DNA of 64,000 bases from Gammaproteobacteria bacterium. GTDB taxonomy: Bacteria; Pseudomonadota; Gammaproteobacteria; Ga0077536. Both the position numbers and the translations under genes were made by a program. Each line of letters begins with the position of its first letter. The first letter of the stretch is position 1. Location: contig CAXXLL010000003.1 of the NCBI GenBank assembly GCA_963662545.2, forward strand, positions 800,001 to 864,000. Reading direction: 5' to 3'. The notes beneath the pieces were generated by a model. That model searched no databases, had not been told where the DNA came from, and saw only the letters and a program-made list of their open reading frames with translations. Shown here piece by piece: positions 27,192 through 38,390 of this stretch.

Positions 27192-27725
27192 CTAAATCAG
27201 GTCTTGTGCCAACTCCGACAACCGCCGGCGAAGCGATAAATCGATCACCGCATCGCCCATCTTGATAACCGCTCCCCCGATTAGCTGCGGGTCCAAGGAA
27301 GTTTCAATTTCGCAAGCCTTGCCGATCCTTGCAGAGATTGCTTCGCTGATGCGGGCGCGTTCTTTTTCGTTGAGAGGAAACGCAGACTTCACATCCACGG
27401 TGACCACACCTGCGGCATCAGCCCTGCGGCGTTCGTAAAGTTCGACGATTTGGGGAGCAAGTACCACACGCTCCGCCTCGACGAGTACCCGGATAAAGTT
27501 CCTGCTTTCGTCGTTTAAACGGTTCCCCAGGATTTCCGACACTAGAGCGACAAGTTGATCGCCGGTAATCTTCGGATGCCCTATGAGTCGAGCCAGATCG
27601 GGATCGGATACGGCGGCGGCCAGCGCGCTCAGCATGGTCGACCACTCGTCGATCTGGCCGTTTTCTTCGGCATAGCTGAATGCAGCCGAAGCGTAAGGGC
27701 GCGCTATGGTCAGTTTTTCTTGCAT
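27192..27725 (-). CDS. atpH: ATP synthase delta subunit
   Basis: TIARPYA and LIGGAVI..GD.VID.S motifs. Confidence 0.95.
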   Translation of the reverse strand: MQEKLTIARPYASAAFSYAEENGQIDEWSTMLSALAAAVSDPDLARLIGHPKITGDQLVALVSEILGNRLNDESRNFIRVLVEAERVVLAPQIVELYERRRADAAGVVTVDVKSAFPLNEKERARISEAISARIGKACEIETSLDPQLIGGAVIKMGDAVIDLSLRRRLSELAQDLI

Positions 27726-27734
27726 GACCGGTCC

Positions 27735-28205
27735 TTAAAGATCAGCTGCGAGCTTGTCGAGGACCTCGCGGTGCGCCTGTTCATCAACTTCACGCATCAA
27801 CACTTGCTCAGCGCCTGCTAGCGCGAGCTGCGCGACCTGGCTGCGAAGTTCGTCACGGGCCCGATTGCGGTTCTGTTCGATTTCCGCGGCGGCGGCGATT
27901 TTGATCCGTTCGGCTTCTTCCTGAGCCGCGAGCTTCGCTGCCTCGATGATCTCGTCGCCACGCTTCTGCGCCTGGCTGACGAACCCCTGCGCCTTTTCTT
28001 TACCCTCGCGTAGTATTTCAGTCGAACGTTGGTCGGCGAGCTCGAGTTCGTGCTTGCCGCGTTCGGCCGCAGCAAGACCATCCGCGATACGAGTTTCGCG
28101 TTCTTCCAAGGCTTTCAGTATCGGCGGCCATACAAACTTTACACAAAACCAGACGAATAGCGCGAACGATATTGCCTGGCCTAGCAATGTCAGGTTCATA
28201 TTCAT
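27735..28205 (-). CDS. atpF: ATP synthase b subunit
   Basis: [14 protein letters not shown]...[15 protein letters not shown]. Confidence 0.96.
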   Translation of the reverse strand: MNMNLTLLGQAISFALFVWFCVKFVWPPILKALEERETRIADGLAAAERGKHELELADQRSTEILREGKEKAQGFVSQAQKRGDEIIEAAKLAAQEEAERIKIAAAAEIEQNRNRARDELRSQVAQLALAGAEQVLMREVDEQAHREVLDKLAADL

Positions 28206-28235
28206 GACGAGAGACCCACCAACGCCGCTAGCTGA

Positions 28236-29340
<1,105 letters not shown>

Positions 29341-29367
29341 TTATCCGATCCGTTTTTCGATTGCCAT

Positions 29368-29832
29368 CTAATTACCTTGCAATCCCAGCGGTTGCGTTCC
29401 ATTTCTGCTACGCGGCGATTCACCAAGGTCTACCACGAGCACCGCCACCCAGTTTACCGCCGCCGTTGCGATATAGGTTGCGATGACGATTAGGAAAGCG
29501 ACGTTCAGGAGCATAATCGCCGTCACGAACAAGGCTGCGGTGAAAGCAATCTTGATGTATTCCCCGATATAAATGCCGCGCAACGATTCTTCGGGTGTGG
29601 CTTCCCGCTGACCCCGCAAGATTCGAACCCCCAGATAATAATTCGGCACCACGCCTATCAGCGCGCCGACCAGTGCAGAATAGGCTGCGTATTGCCCTAG
29701 CACGACGGCAAGCGATAAAGCGATCACAATACCGACGCCGAGCTGGCTTGCGATTACCAGAAACACGGTACGTCGCGATCGCTGATGCAGCGATCCACCA
29801 GCGCTTCCCCGGCCCTGAATCTTGTTATGCAC
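29368..29832 (-). CDS. atpI: ATP synthase protein I (start uncertain)
   Basis: Four TMs, Y.GE..K motif, first gene of the atp operon. Confidence 0.85.
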   Translation of the reverse strand: MHNKIQGRGSAGGSLHQRSRRTVFLVIASQLGVGIVIALSLAVVLGQYAAYSALVGALIGVVPNYYLGVRILRGQREATPEESLRGIYIGEYIKIAFTAALFVTAIMLLNVAFLIVIATYIATAAVNWVAVLVVDLGESPRSRNGTQPLGLQGN

Positions 29833-29926
29833 GCCGTTATCTGTCAGTGGGAAACGTTGGATTCTAGCCGCTTATTCCGCGCTGCGGCAAGCTGTTCGTC
29901 ATGCTGCCAACACACCGATTAAAGCG

Positions 29927-30796
29927 CTACTTGATATGTGCAAGAATCCCGTCAAGTTCGTCGAGTGAGCCATAGCGGATCGTCAGTGAGCCTTTACCGG
30001 TCGAACGGTGTTGGATCGATACGTCGGCGCCGAGCCGTTCACCGAGGGATCGTTCCAGCTGGCTGATATTAGGATCGACCTTTTTGGGGGTATGTTCGCG
30101 CTCGTGCTTACGCTCTTTCAGGCGACGAACCAGTGCTTCGGCGGCGCGCACGCTGAGTCCTTCGCTGACGATGCGTCGCGCGGCTTTGACCTGGATCAGC
30201 GCCGATAAGCCCAGCAACGCCCGCGCATGTCCCATTTCAAGTTCACCGCTCTCGAGTAGTTCCCGGGTCGCTGATTCGAGGTCCAACAAGCGCAATAAAT
30301 TGCTGACGGCGGCGCGGGAACGGCCAATCGATTTCGCGACCCGCTCATGGGTCATATCGAACTCGCGGACGAGCCGATCCAGAGCGGCCGCCTCTTCGAT
30401 CGGGTTGAGTTGCTCGCGTTGAATATTTTCAATCAATGCAATGCTCATGGCCTCGGCGCCCGTTACCTGCCGTATGACCGCAGGGATAGTATTCAAGCCT
30501 GCTATCTGTGCGGCCCGCCACCGCCGTTCTCCGGCGACCAATTCATAACGCCCGTCATCACCAACAGGGCGGACCAGCACGGGCTGTACGACACCCTGCG
30601 ACTTGATGGATTCCGCGAGTTCCTGCAGCGATTCCGCCTTGATATCCAAACGAGGTTGAAATTGTCCGCGCTGAATGAGGTCGAGTGGAATCGCCTTGAG
30701 TTGGTCGCCGTTGGCTTCTTCGGTGGCCAACTGTTCTGCACCGATGCCAAGCAGGGCATCGAGTCCACGCCCGAGTCCACGCTTCTTGCTTGCCAT
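29927..30796 (-). CDS. parB: Chromosome partitioning protein ParB
   Basis: GLGRGLDALL, AGERRWRA, ENIQRE, HTH. Confidence 0.96.
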   Translation of the reverse strand: MASKKRGLGRGLDALLGIGAEQLATEEANGDQLKAIPLDLIQRGQFQPRLDIKAESLQELAESIKSQGVVQPVLVRPVGDDGRYELVAGERRWRAAQIAGLNTIPAVIRQVTGAEAMSIALIENIQREQLNPIEEAAALDRLVREFDMTHERVAKSIGRSRAAVSNLLRLLDLESATRELLESGELEMGHARALLGLSALIQVKAARRIVSEGLSVRAAEALVRRLKERKHEREHTPKKVDPNISQLERSLGERLGADVSIQHRSTGKGSLTIRYGSLDELDGILAHIK

Positions 30797-30824
30797 GGTT
30801 CAGCGATACCTCTTCGTCGGCTAG

Positions 30825-31598
30825 CTAAACGGCAGCCGACTCTTTGCGCAGCATCTCTCCTGCTAGCGCAAGATAAGCTACCGCGCCCGTCGAAGATTTG
30901 TCATACATCAATGCCGGCAAGCCATGACTCGGCGCTTCGGCGAGGCGTACGTTTCGGGGAATGATGGTGCGGTAAACCTTGTCACCGAAATGTGCGAGAA
31001 GCTGTTGGGACACTTCGTTCGCAAGATTATTACGAGGGTCGAACATTGTGCGCAGTAAGCCTTCGACTTTGAGCTCCGGATTCAGGAATTTCTTTATCTT
31101 GTCGATCGTTTCGAGCAATGCGGATAAACCTTCGAGCGCGTAGTATTCGCACTGCATGGGAATGACCACGGCATCGGCCGCTACCAACGCATTGACGGTC
31201 AGCATGTTCAACGCCGGCGGGCAGTCGATAATGATGTACTCATAACGTTCGCGCACTAGTTCGAGCGCATGACGCAGCCGGAGTTCTCTTCCCAGTTCTT
31301 CCAGCAGGCCGATTTCGGCGCCGGTCAAATCCCCGTTCGCGGGCAGAAGATGATAGCCGGCATCGATTTCAGTAAGCAGCGACTGCTCGATCGTGGTCTC
31401 ACCCATGAGCACTTCAAAACTCGACGTCGTCAACGCACGCTTGTCGATCCCGCTACCCATGGTCGCATTGCCCTGCGGATCGAGATCGATCAGCAACAAT
31501 CGCCGTTTCGTCGCCGCGAGCGAAGCAGTTAAATTGACACTCGTCGTCGTCTTGCCGACTCCGCCTTTCTGATTAGCAATAGCAAGGACGCGTGACAT
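30825..31598 (-). CDS. parA: Chromosome partitioning ATPase ParA/Soj
   Basis: NQKGGVGKTT, DLDPQGN, DCPP, EAPSHG. Confidence 0.96.
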   Translation of the reverse strand: MSRVLAIANQKGGVGKTTTSVNLTASLAATKRRLLLIDLDPQGNATMGSGIDKRALTTSSFEVLMGETTIEQSLLTEIDAGYHLLPANGDLTGAEIGLLEELGRELRLRHALELVRERYEYIIIDCPPALNMLTVNALVAADAVVIPMQCEYYALEGLSALLETIDKIKKFLNPELKVEGLLRTMFDPRNNLANEVSQQLLAHFGDKVYRTIIPRNVRLAEAPSHGLPALMYDKSSTGAVAYLALAGEMLRKESAAV

Positions 31599-31679
31599 GC
31601 GGATTTCGGGTCCATCGTAGTGGCTCAGGCCGGGACGAGTTCGGTTAAACTGAGATGCGTGGCGCGATTATCGCACAAG

Positions 31680-32321
31680 TCATTTTCTCTCCCCAGCAAA
31701 TTCAACGATGACGAGATTTCGTTCCCTGAACCCCGGAACATCCAAGGGTACGATTCGGAGTAAGCCCGCCGGCACAACGCAATCCAGCGCTTCTTCCGGA
31801 TCGAGTGCGGCTTTCATGGCGATGATTCGCGTGCCCGGGCGCTGTAGCTTTCGAGTTTTTGCCAGCAAATGCGACATTGACCCGAAGGCGCGCGCGATGA
31901 TGTCGTCACATGCCTGCGCCGGGCGATACGCCTCGACCCGCTCGGCTAACACCTCGACGTTCGACAATTCGAGATCGATTCGCGCTTGCGTAAGAAATCT
32001 CATGCGTTTGTTGCGCGGTTCCAATAGAGTGAAGCAAAGGTGCGGCAAGGCGATTGCCAGTACGAGTCCGGGCAAGCCCGCACCGGAGCCGACGTCCACA
32101 ACGCGGGGGCCGTTTACATACGGCTGTACCGATAGACAATCGGCGATATGCTCACTCGCGAAACTCGCGGGCGTCGAGGCCGAAGTCAAGCTGGCAAAGC
32201 GCCGCCACTTACCGACCAATTCTGCATAGCTACAGAGTTGATCGAATTGCTTCTCGGTCAGGGAAATACCGAGTTTGTCAGCGGCATCGCGGATGATCCC
32301 CGCGACCGTATCCGCGCCCAT
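31680..32321 (-). CDS. rsmG: 16S rRNA m7G527 methyltransferase
   Basis: DVGSGAGLPG and RAF motifs; lies between mnmG and parA. Confidence 0.92.
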   Translation of the reverse strand: MGADTVAGIIRDAADKLGISLTEKQFDQLCSYAELVGKWRRFASLTSASTPASFASEHIADCLSVQPYVNGPRVVDVGSGAGLPGLVLAIALPHLCFTLLEPRNKRMRFLTQARIDLELSNVEVLAERVEAYRPAQACDDIIARAFGSMSHLLAKTRKLQRPGTRIIAMKAALDPEEALDCVVPAGLLRIVPLDVPGFRERNLVIVEFAGERK

Positions 32322-32333
32322 TATCGGGGACCT

Positions 32334-32497
32334 AGCAGCCTGTCGGACTTAGGGAATCGTCGCGAGGCGGGGGGGAGAGCGGGCTGAGAGGTGTCATGGT
32401 TTGAGGCGAATAGTGGTGCTATTTAACGAGAACCATGGCGCATCTGGACCGCTATCCCAACGCCGTAGCAGATTCATCCTAAGTCCGACAGGCTGCT
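32334..32497 (+). mobile_element. MITE family A, copy 2
   Basis: 164 bp with the same TIRs, between mnmG and rsmG. Confidence 0.9.
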
Positions 32498-32500
32498 TGT

Positions 32501-34393
32501 TCAGGCGGACTTCGCCAGGGCCACGCCATATTTCTTGAGATAGACCAGCAGCAATGATATTGCAGCGGGGGTCACTCCCGAAATGCGCGCCGCCTGCCCG
32601 ACGGTCACCGGTCGGTGGTCCGACAGCTTTTGCACGGCCTCGTTCGATAGACCGCGCACATCCCGATAATTAACGGCGACGGGAATTCGCATTTGTTCAT
32701 GGGACTGATCGCGTTTCACATCTTCACGCTGACGCTCGATGTAGCCGCTGTAGCGTGCGCTATTCTCGAGTTGCTCGATCACGGCCGCGTCGGTGACACC
32801 CGGACCTGCACCGGGAAGCCGCATGAGCATCGCATAGTCAATTTCGGGGCGCCGCAGTAGTTCAGACAGCCTTTGTTCCTTGCGCAGCGGTTGTCCAATT
32901 ACTTCCGTGGCAAGGTCGGGGGGTATTCGTCCCGGCGTCATCCACACGCCGTCAAGCCGGAGTTGTTCCGTCACGATCGCCTTTCGCTTGGCCTCGAACC
33001 GGCGCCAGCGATCATCGTCGATCAGACCCAGTTTCCTTGCGACGGGCGTGAGACGCTGATCCGCGTTATCTTCACGCAACATCAGGCGGTATTCCGCGCG
33101 ACTCGTGAACATGCGATACGGCTCGTCGGTGCCGCGGGTAACGAGATCGTCGACCAGTACACCGAGGTAGGCCTCGTCACGGCGCGGGTACCATGTGTCC
33201 TCTTCCCTTATTCGCCGCGCGGCGTTGATCCCCGCGAGCAAGCCCTGTGCCGCAGCTTCTTCGTAACCAGTCGTGCCGTTAATCTGGCCGGCGAAGAACA
33301 GACCTTCGATCTGTTTGGTTTCGAGCCAGGGCGTGATATCTCTCGGATCAAAATAATCGTATTCGATCGCATATCCCGGCCGCGTGATAACCGCTCGTTC
33401 GAACCCATTGATCGAACGCACGAAATCGATTTGTACGTTGAATGAAAGGCTGGTCGAAATCCCGTTGGGATAAATTTCGCGCGTATGTAAGCCTTCGGGT
33501 TCGACGAAGATCTGGTGCGAGGATTTGTCCCCAAAGCGAACGACCTTGTCTTCGATCGACGGACAATAGCGTGGACCTGCGCCCTTAATGCTGCCATTGA
33601 ACATGGGCGAGTGCTCGAGCCCGTCGCGAATGATGTCATGCGTTCGTTCGCAGGTGTAGGTGATGTGACACGGGACCTGACGTGGGTGATCTGCGCGTGA
33701 GCCCGTGAATGAAAATACCGGGCGCGGTTCGTCGCCCGGCTGGATTTCCAGCTTGTCGAAATCGACGCTGCGCCCGTCGATGCGTGGCGGCGTACCCGTT
33801 TTGAGTCTCCCCACCCTGATCGGCAGCTCGCGCAGTCTTCGGGCTAGCGCCAGAGATGGCGGATCACCTGCGCGTCCACCGCTGTAATTCGATTCCCCGA
33901 TATGAATGCGGCCGCCGAGAAAAGTACCCACGGTAAGCACGACTACGCGCGCGCGGAATGTGAGCCCAATCTGGGTGACCACACCGACCACCCTCGCGTT
34001 TTCGACAACGAGATCATCAACCCCCTGCTGGAAGAGCGTGAGCTGGGGCTGGTTTTCAAGCACGCCGCGGGCGCAGGTCCGATATAAGCCGCGGTCAATC
34101 TGCGCGCGTGTAGCACGCACCGCCGGCCCCTTACTCGCGTTCAGCGTGCGAAAATGGATTCCGCAAGCGTCGGCACCGCGGGCCATGAAGCCGCCCAGCG
34201 CGTCGATTTCCTTGACGAGATGACTCTTACCAATGCCTCCGATCGCGGGATTACAAGACATTTGTCCGAGCGTTTCGATACTTTGCGTGAGCAGCAGCGT
34301 GTCCACCCCCATGCGTGCCGCCGCGAGTGCCGCTTCGGTCCCGGCATGGCCGCCGCCGACAACGATGACGTCGTAGGTCTCGGGATGTTGCAT
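32501..34393 (-). CDS. mnmG: tRNA uridine-5-carboxymethylaminomethyl modification enzyme
   Basis: [44 protein letters not shown]. Confidence 0.98.
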   Translation of the reverse strand: MQHPETYDVIVVGGGHAGTEAALAAARMGVDTLLLTQSIETLGQMSCNPAIGGIGKSHLVKEIDALGGFMARGADACGIHFRTLNASKGPAVRATRAQIDRGLYRTCARGVLENQPQLTLFQQGVDDLVVENARVVGVVTQIGLTFRARVVVLTVGTFLGGRIHIGESNYSGGRAGDPPSLALARRLRELPIRVGRLKTGTPPRIDGRSVDFDKLEIQPGDEPRPVFSFTGSRADHPRQVPCHITYTCERTHDIIRDGLEHSPMFNGSIKGAGPRYCPSIEDKVVRFGDKSSHQIFVEPEGLHTREIYPNGISTSLSFNVQIDFVRSINGFERAVITRPGYAIEYDYFDPRDITPWLETKQIEGLFFAGQINGTTGYEEAAAQGLLAGINAARRIREEDTWYPRRDEAYLGVLVDDLVTRGTDEPYRMFTSRAEYRLMLREDNADQRLTPVARKLGLIDDDRWRRFEAKRKAIVTEQLRLDGVWMTPGRIPPDLATEVIGQPLRKEQRLSELLRRPEIDYAMLMRLPGAGPGVTDAAVIEQLENSARYSGYIERQREDVKRDQSHEQMRIPVAVNYRDVRGLSNEAVQKLSDHRPVTVGQAARISGVTPAAISLLLVYLKKYGVALAKSA

Positions 34394-34724
34394 GGAAAGG
34401 CGGCCTCATGAGGTCGGAAACGGGCGCCAAGGATAATCCCGGGTGCCCGAAGATTAAAGTAATAATCCTCGCGAATAACGCGCTGTCGTGAAACTTCGAG
34501 CATCCGTTTGGGTCTTCGAATGGTGTTGACGCCTTTATACGCCGTGTGGAAGACTCTGCGCCGGTCGAAATAGGGCCGCAAGCACCGCGACGGGATAATG
34601 GCCTTGAGGAAACAGAGAATATTTCATCTGCGCTCAATTTCGCGACGCCGTGGCAGACGCCCGTGGTGAATCCCTGCGCCGCAGCCAATCGCCCGAGTTA
34701 ACCTGGGCCAGCTTAGAGGGATCG

Positions 34725-35699
34725 ATGTCGATGGAAGCCTTGATTGAAGTCAACAGTCTGAGCAAAGACTTTGGGAGCCTGCGGGCGGTGAAAGATCTCT
34801 CGCTCAAGGTCTACCGTGGCGAGGTACTTGGTTTCCTCGGACCCAACGGCGCCGGTAAATCGACCACCATGAAAATGATCACCGGATTTCTCACTCCAAC
34901 CAGCGGCAGTGTTTCGATCGCCGGATTCGACATCGAAAAATCGCCGATCGAAGCCAAGGCGCGGATCGGCTATCTGCCCGAAGGCGCGCCGGCATATGGC
35001 GAAATGACGCCCATCGGCTTTCTCGAATTCATCGCGGACATTCGCGGCATATCGCGCTCGCAGCGTAACGCCCGCATCACCGAAGTAGTGTCCAGAATTC
35101 ACCTCGAAAGCGTACTCCACCAACGCATAGAGACGCTGTCCAAGGGATTCAAACGCCGCGTGGGACTGGCGCAGGCGATCCTCCACGACCCTGAAATTTT
35201 GATTATGGATGAACCTACGGATGGTCTCGATCCAAATCAGAAGCACGAAGTGCGGACATTGATCCAGGAAATGGCTGCCAATAAAGCCATCGTAATCTCG
35301 ACTCACATTCTCGAAGAGGTCAACGCTGTTTGCACACGCGCTATCATCATCGGCCGGGGCGAAATCATTTTCAGCGGAACTCCGCGTGAGTTGGCCAGCC
35401 GCTCACGCTATAACAACGCTGCTACCGTCCTCATCGACGCATCGGATATCGAGAGAGTGCGTAGCGCGCTCCGCTCGATGAGTGGTGTGCAAGATGTTGA
35501 AGAATCACGTAGCGGCGACGAGGCCAGGATCACCGTCATTCCGGAAGAAGGGGCCAATCCCGCTGTAGCCGTTCAGCAGTGTCTCGCTGACATAGGTTGC
35601 AGTCCTCATGAGTTTTTCGTCGAACATGGCCGCTTGGACGAAGTGTTTCGCAGCATCACTACAACGGCATCGGACGGCGGGGAGATACACCGGACATGA
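34725..35699 (+). CDS. ABC transporter ATP-binding protein (GldA-like)
   Basis: GPNGAGKST, LSKGFKRRVG, DEPT. Confidence 0.92.
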   Translation: MSMEALIEVNSLSKDFGSLRAVKDLSLKVYRGEVLGFLGPNGAGKSTTMKMITGFLTPTSGSVSIAGFDIEKSPIEAKARIGYLPEGAPAYGEMTPIGFLEFIADIRGISRSQRNARITEVVSRIHLESVLHQRIETLSKGFKRRVGLAQAILHDPEILIMDEPTDGLDPNQKHEVRTLIQEMAANKAIVISTHILEEVNAVCTRAIIIGRGEIIFSGTPRELASRSRYNNAATVLIDASDIERVRSALRSMSGVQDVEESRSGDEARITVIPEEGANPAVAVQQCLADIGCSPHEFFVEHGRLDEVFRSITTTASDGGEIHRT

Positions 35700-36430
35700 C
35701 GGGATTTAGCACGATACTCAAGCGTGAACTGAGTGCATACTTTGCGACACCGGTTGCCTATGTCTTCATCGTTATCTTTCTCGTCTTAACTGGCGTATTC
35801 ACTTTCTACATCGGCGGTTTTTACGAGCGCGGCCAGGCTGACCTCGAACCGTTTTTCCGCTTCCACCCGTGGATCTACATGTTCCTGATACCGGCTATTT
35901 CGATGCGCCTTTGGTCGGAAGAACGCAGCGCAGGAACGCTGGAGCTGCTGCTTACCCTGCCGGTATCGCTGACCGTAACCGTTTTGGGTAAGTTTTTCGC
36001 CGCCTGGTGTTTTACCGCTGTCGCCCTGGCCGGTACTTTGCCGATATGGGCGACGGTCAACTACCTGGGCGAGCCTGATAATACGGTGATCGCCGCCGGC
36101 TATATCGGCAGCCTGTTGATGGCTGGGGGCTTCCTCTCCATCGGATCGTGCATCTCCGCGTTGACTAAAAACCAGGTCATTGCGTTTGTCGTAAGCTTTG
36201 TCATCTGTTTTGCGTTCAATTTGAGCGGGTTTCCCATGGTGCTTGACGTCTTCAGCGCCTGGGCGCCGCGCGCTATCGTCGACGTCATCAGTTCCTTTAG
36301 CTTTCTCACGCATTTTGATTCGATACTCAAGGGCGTAATTGATTTGCGAGATCTCGTTTTCTTCGCGAGCCTCATAGCCTTTTGGCTCTATGCAAACGTT
36401 CTTGCAATTCAGGCCACTAAAAGCAACTGA
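35696..36430 (+). CDS. ABC-2 type permease (GldF-like)
   Basis: RELSAYFATPVAYVF and WSEERSAGTLELLLTLP; about 6 TMs. Confidence 0.9.
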   Translation: MTGFSTILKRELSAYFATPVAYVFIVIFLVLTGVFTFYIGGFYERGQADLEPFFRFHPWIYMFLIPAISMRLWSEERSAGTLELLLTLPVSLTVTVLGKFFAAWCFTAVALAGTLPIWATVNYLGEPDNTVIAAGYIGSLLMAGGFLSIGSCISALTKNQVIAFVVSFVICFAFNLSGFPMVLDVFSAWAPRAIVDVISSFSFLTHFDSILKGVIDLRDLVFFASLIAFWLYANVLAIQATKSN

Positions 36431-36482
36431 GTCGGGCGTTTTACACCGCATCACCGCCTGAACTTTACGGACATCTAGTCGG

Positions 36483-38390
36483 ATGAATAGAAAGATCGAG
36501 ACAGGAACCAGTGTTCTTATCGCCCTGGCGTTGTTTCTTGGGGTCAATATCATTGCGAACCAGACACTGACGGCGGTGCGCCTCGATCTGACCGAAAACA
36601 GTCTCTACACGCTATCCGACGGGACCCAAAATATACTTGCTGGAATCGGCGAGCCAATAACCGTGCGCCTGTATTATTCGGCGAAACAGTTCGCCGACGT
36701 GCCGCAGCTTTTGAACTACGGGAAGCGCGTGCGTGACATGCTGGAGGAATACGTAGCGGTCGGAAACGGCAAACTCAAGCTGTTCGTGATTGACCCCGAG
36801 CCCTTTTCTGAAGCGGAAGACGAGGCGGTCGCGAATGGCGTGCGACAACTGTCCCTGACGGCAACGGGCGAAATGGGTTATCTCGGGCTCGTGGGTACGA
36901 ACGCAACCGGCGACACCGAGGTTCTGGAACTGCTGAGTCCTGAGCGCGAAGACGCGCTCGAATACGAGATCACGAAGATGATCTACACCCTCGCGTATCC
37001 ACAAAGGCGCGTGATCGGCGTGTACTCGGAGCTCCCTGTATTTGCACCACCTCCGGATCCCATGACCGGGCAGTCATCTGGGGAGGACTGGGCTTCCTTC
37101 CAAATGCTGAGAGAACTCTACGAAATTCGCGAACTCGATATTGATGCGACCGAAATCGAGGAGGATATCGATACCTTGATCGTGGTCCATCCCAAGGAAA
37201 TTTCACGGCAGACTACCTACGCGTTCGATCAATTCGTGCTCAGTGGCGGGAAAGCCATGATATTCGTCGATCCGATGGCCGAGCAGGATCGCACGCGCCC
37301 GGATCCCACCAGCCCCGGCGTCATTCCCAAGCTCGATTCCGACCTTGCGCCATTGCTCGAGAAATGGGGCCTACGTCTCGTTCCCGACAAAGTCGTGGGC
37401 AGCGTGGACGCGGCCGTGCGCGTGAATTTTCGCGGCGAGCGGGGGCCACAGGAAGTCGAATATTTGCCATGGCTTCAGCTTCAGGGCGTCGCCTTGAACT
37501 CCGACGATTTCGTGACCAACGAGTTAAAGATCATCAACGTGGGGACGGCCGGATCACTCGAACCAATCGAAGGCCATACCCTCTCTCACATTTCATTGAT
37601 AAAGGTCGGAGGCGATTCCGGATTGTTGGAGCGTGACGCGATCGTGTTTGTCCGCAATCCGGCCGGATTACTCGAGAATTTCGAATCGGACGACCGTGAG
37701 CACGTCGTTGCCATGCGCATATCCGGGACTGCAGAGACCGCTTTTCCGGACGGGCGTCCGCTTTCCGACGAGGAAAAGCGAGCGCCGCAAGATGAAAGCT
37801 TCATGATGAAATCGGAAACTCCGATCAATGTCATCGTGGTTGCGGACACCGATCTTCTAGCGGATCGATTTTGGGTCCGGTTTAGCAATTTCGCTGGAAT
37901 GCGCATACCGGATCCGTTTGGAAACAACGCCGATTTCCTGATCAACGCCATAGACAATCTCGGCGGGAACGACGATCTCATTGGCCTGCGCAGCCGCGGG
38001 CAGTACGCACGCCCCTTCAAGATCGTGCAGGAAATTCAAAGGGAAGCGGAATCACAGTTTCGCGAACGGGAGCAAGCGCTGCAGACAAAACTGAACGAAG
38101 CCGAGCAAAAACTTGCGGAATTACAGAGCCAGGAAAGCGAAAACGAGATGTTTCTGACGCCGGAGCAAAGAGCCGAAATAGACAAATTCAGGCAGGAACA
38201 GCTCCGCACCCGTAAAGAACTCAGAGCCGTCCAACACGACCTGCAGCGGAATATCGAGCGCTTAGGGGCCCAGCTCAAGTTCGTTAATACAGCGCTCGTG
38301 CCGCTGCTCATATCGATATTGGCCGTGGTCGTCAGCGTCTTCACAGCGCGCGCGGCGCGGCAGTTGAGTCAGGCGCGGGAGAAGCCGTAA
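36483..38390 (+). CDS. GldG-family ABC auxiliary protein
   Basis: RLDLTENSLYTLS..T, FVLSGGK..IFVDP, N.DFLINAIDNL; TMs at both termini and a coiled coil. Confidence 0.88.
   Translation: MNRKIETGTSVLIALALFLGVNIIANQTLTAVRLDLTENSLYTLSDGTQNILAGIGEPITVRLYYSAKQFADVPQLLNYGKRVRDMLEEYVAVGNGKLKLFVIDPEPFSEAEDEAVANGVRQLSLTATGEMGYLGLVGTNATGDTEVLELLSPEREDALEYEITKMIYTLAYPQRRVIGVYSELPVFAPPPDPMTGQSSGEDWASFQMLRELYEIRELDIDATEIEEDIDTLIVVHPKEISRQTTYAFDQFVLSGGKAMIFVDPMAEQDRTRPDPTSPGVIPKLDSDLAPLLEKWGLRLVPDKVVGSVDAAVRVNFRGERGPQEVEYLPWLQLQGVALNSDDFVTNELKIINVGTAGSLEPIEGHTLSHISLIKVGGDSGLLERDAIVFVRNPAGLLENFESDDREHVVAMRISGTAETAFPDGRPLSDEEKRAPQDESFMMKSETPINVIVVADTDLLADRFWVRFSNFAGMRIPDPFGNNADFLINAIDNLGGNDDLIGLRSRGQYARPFKIVQEIQREAESQFREREQALQTKLNEAEQKLAELQSQESENEMFLTPEQRAEIDKFRQEQLRTRKELRAVQHDLQRNIERLGAQLKFVNTALVPLLISILAVVVSVFTARAARQLSQAREKP

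Noticed and set aside
34481-34555. parS half-site (CGTGAAAC) and a DnaA-box-like TGTGGAAGA
   Set aside because: Only a half palindrome and a single two-mismatch box; not enough to call parS or oriC.
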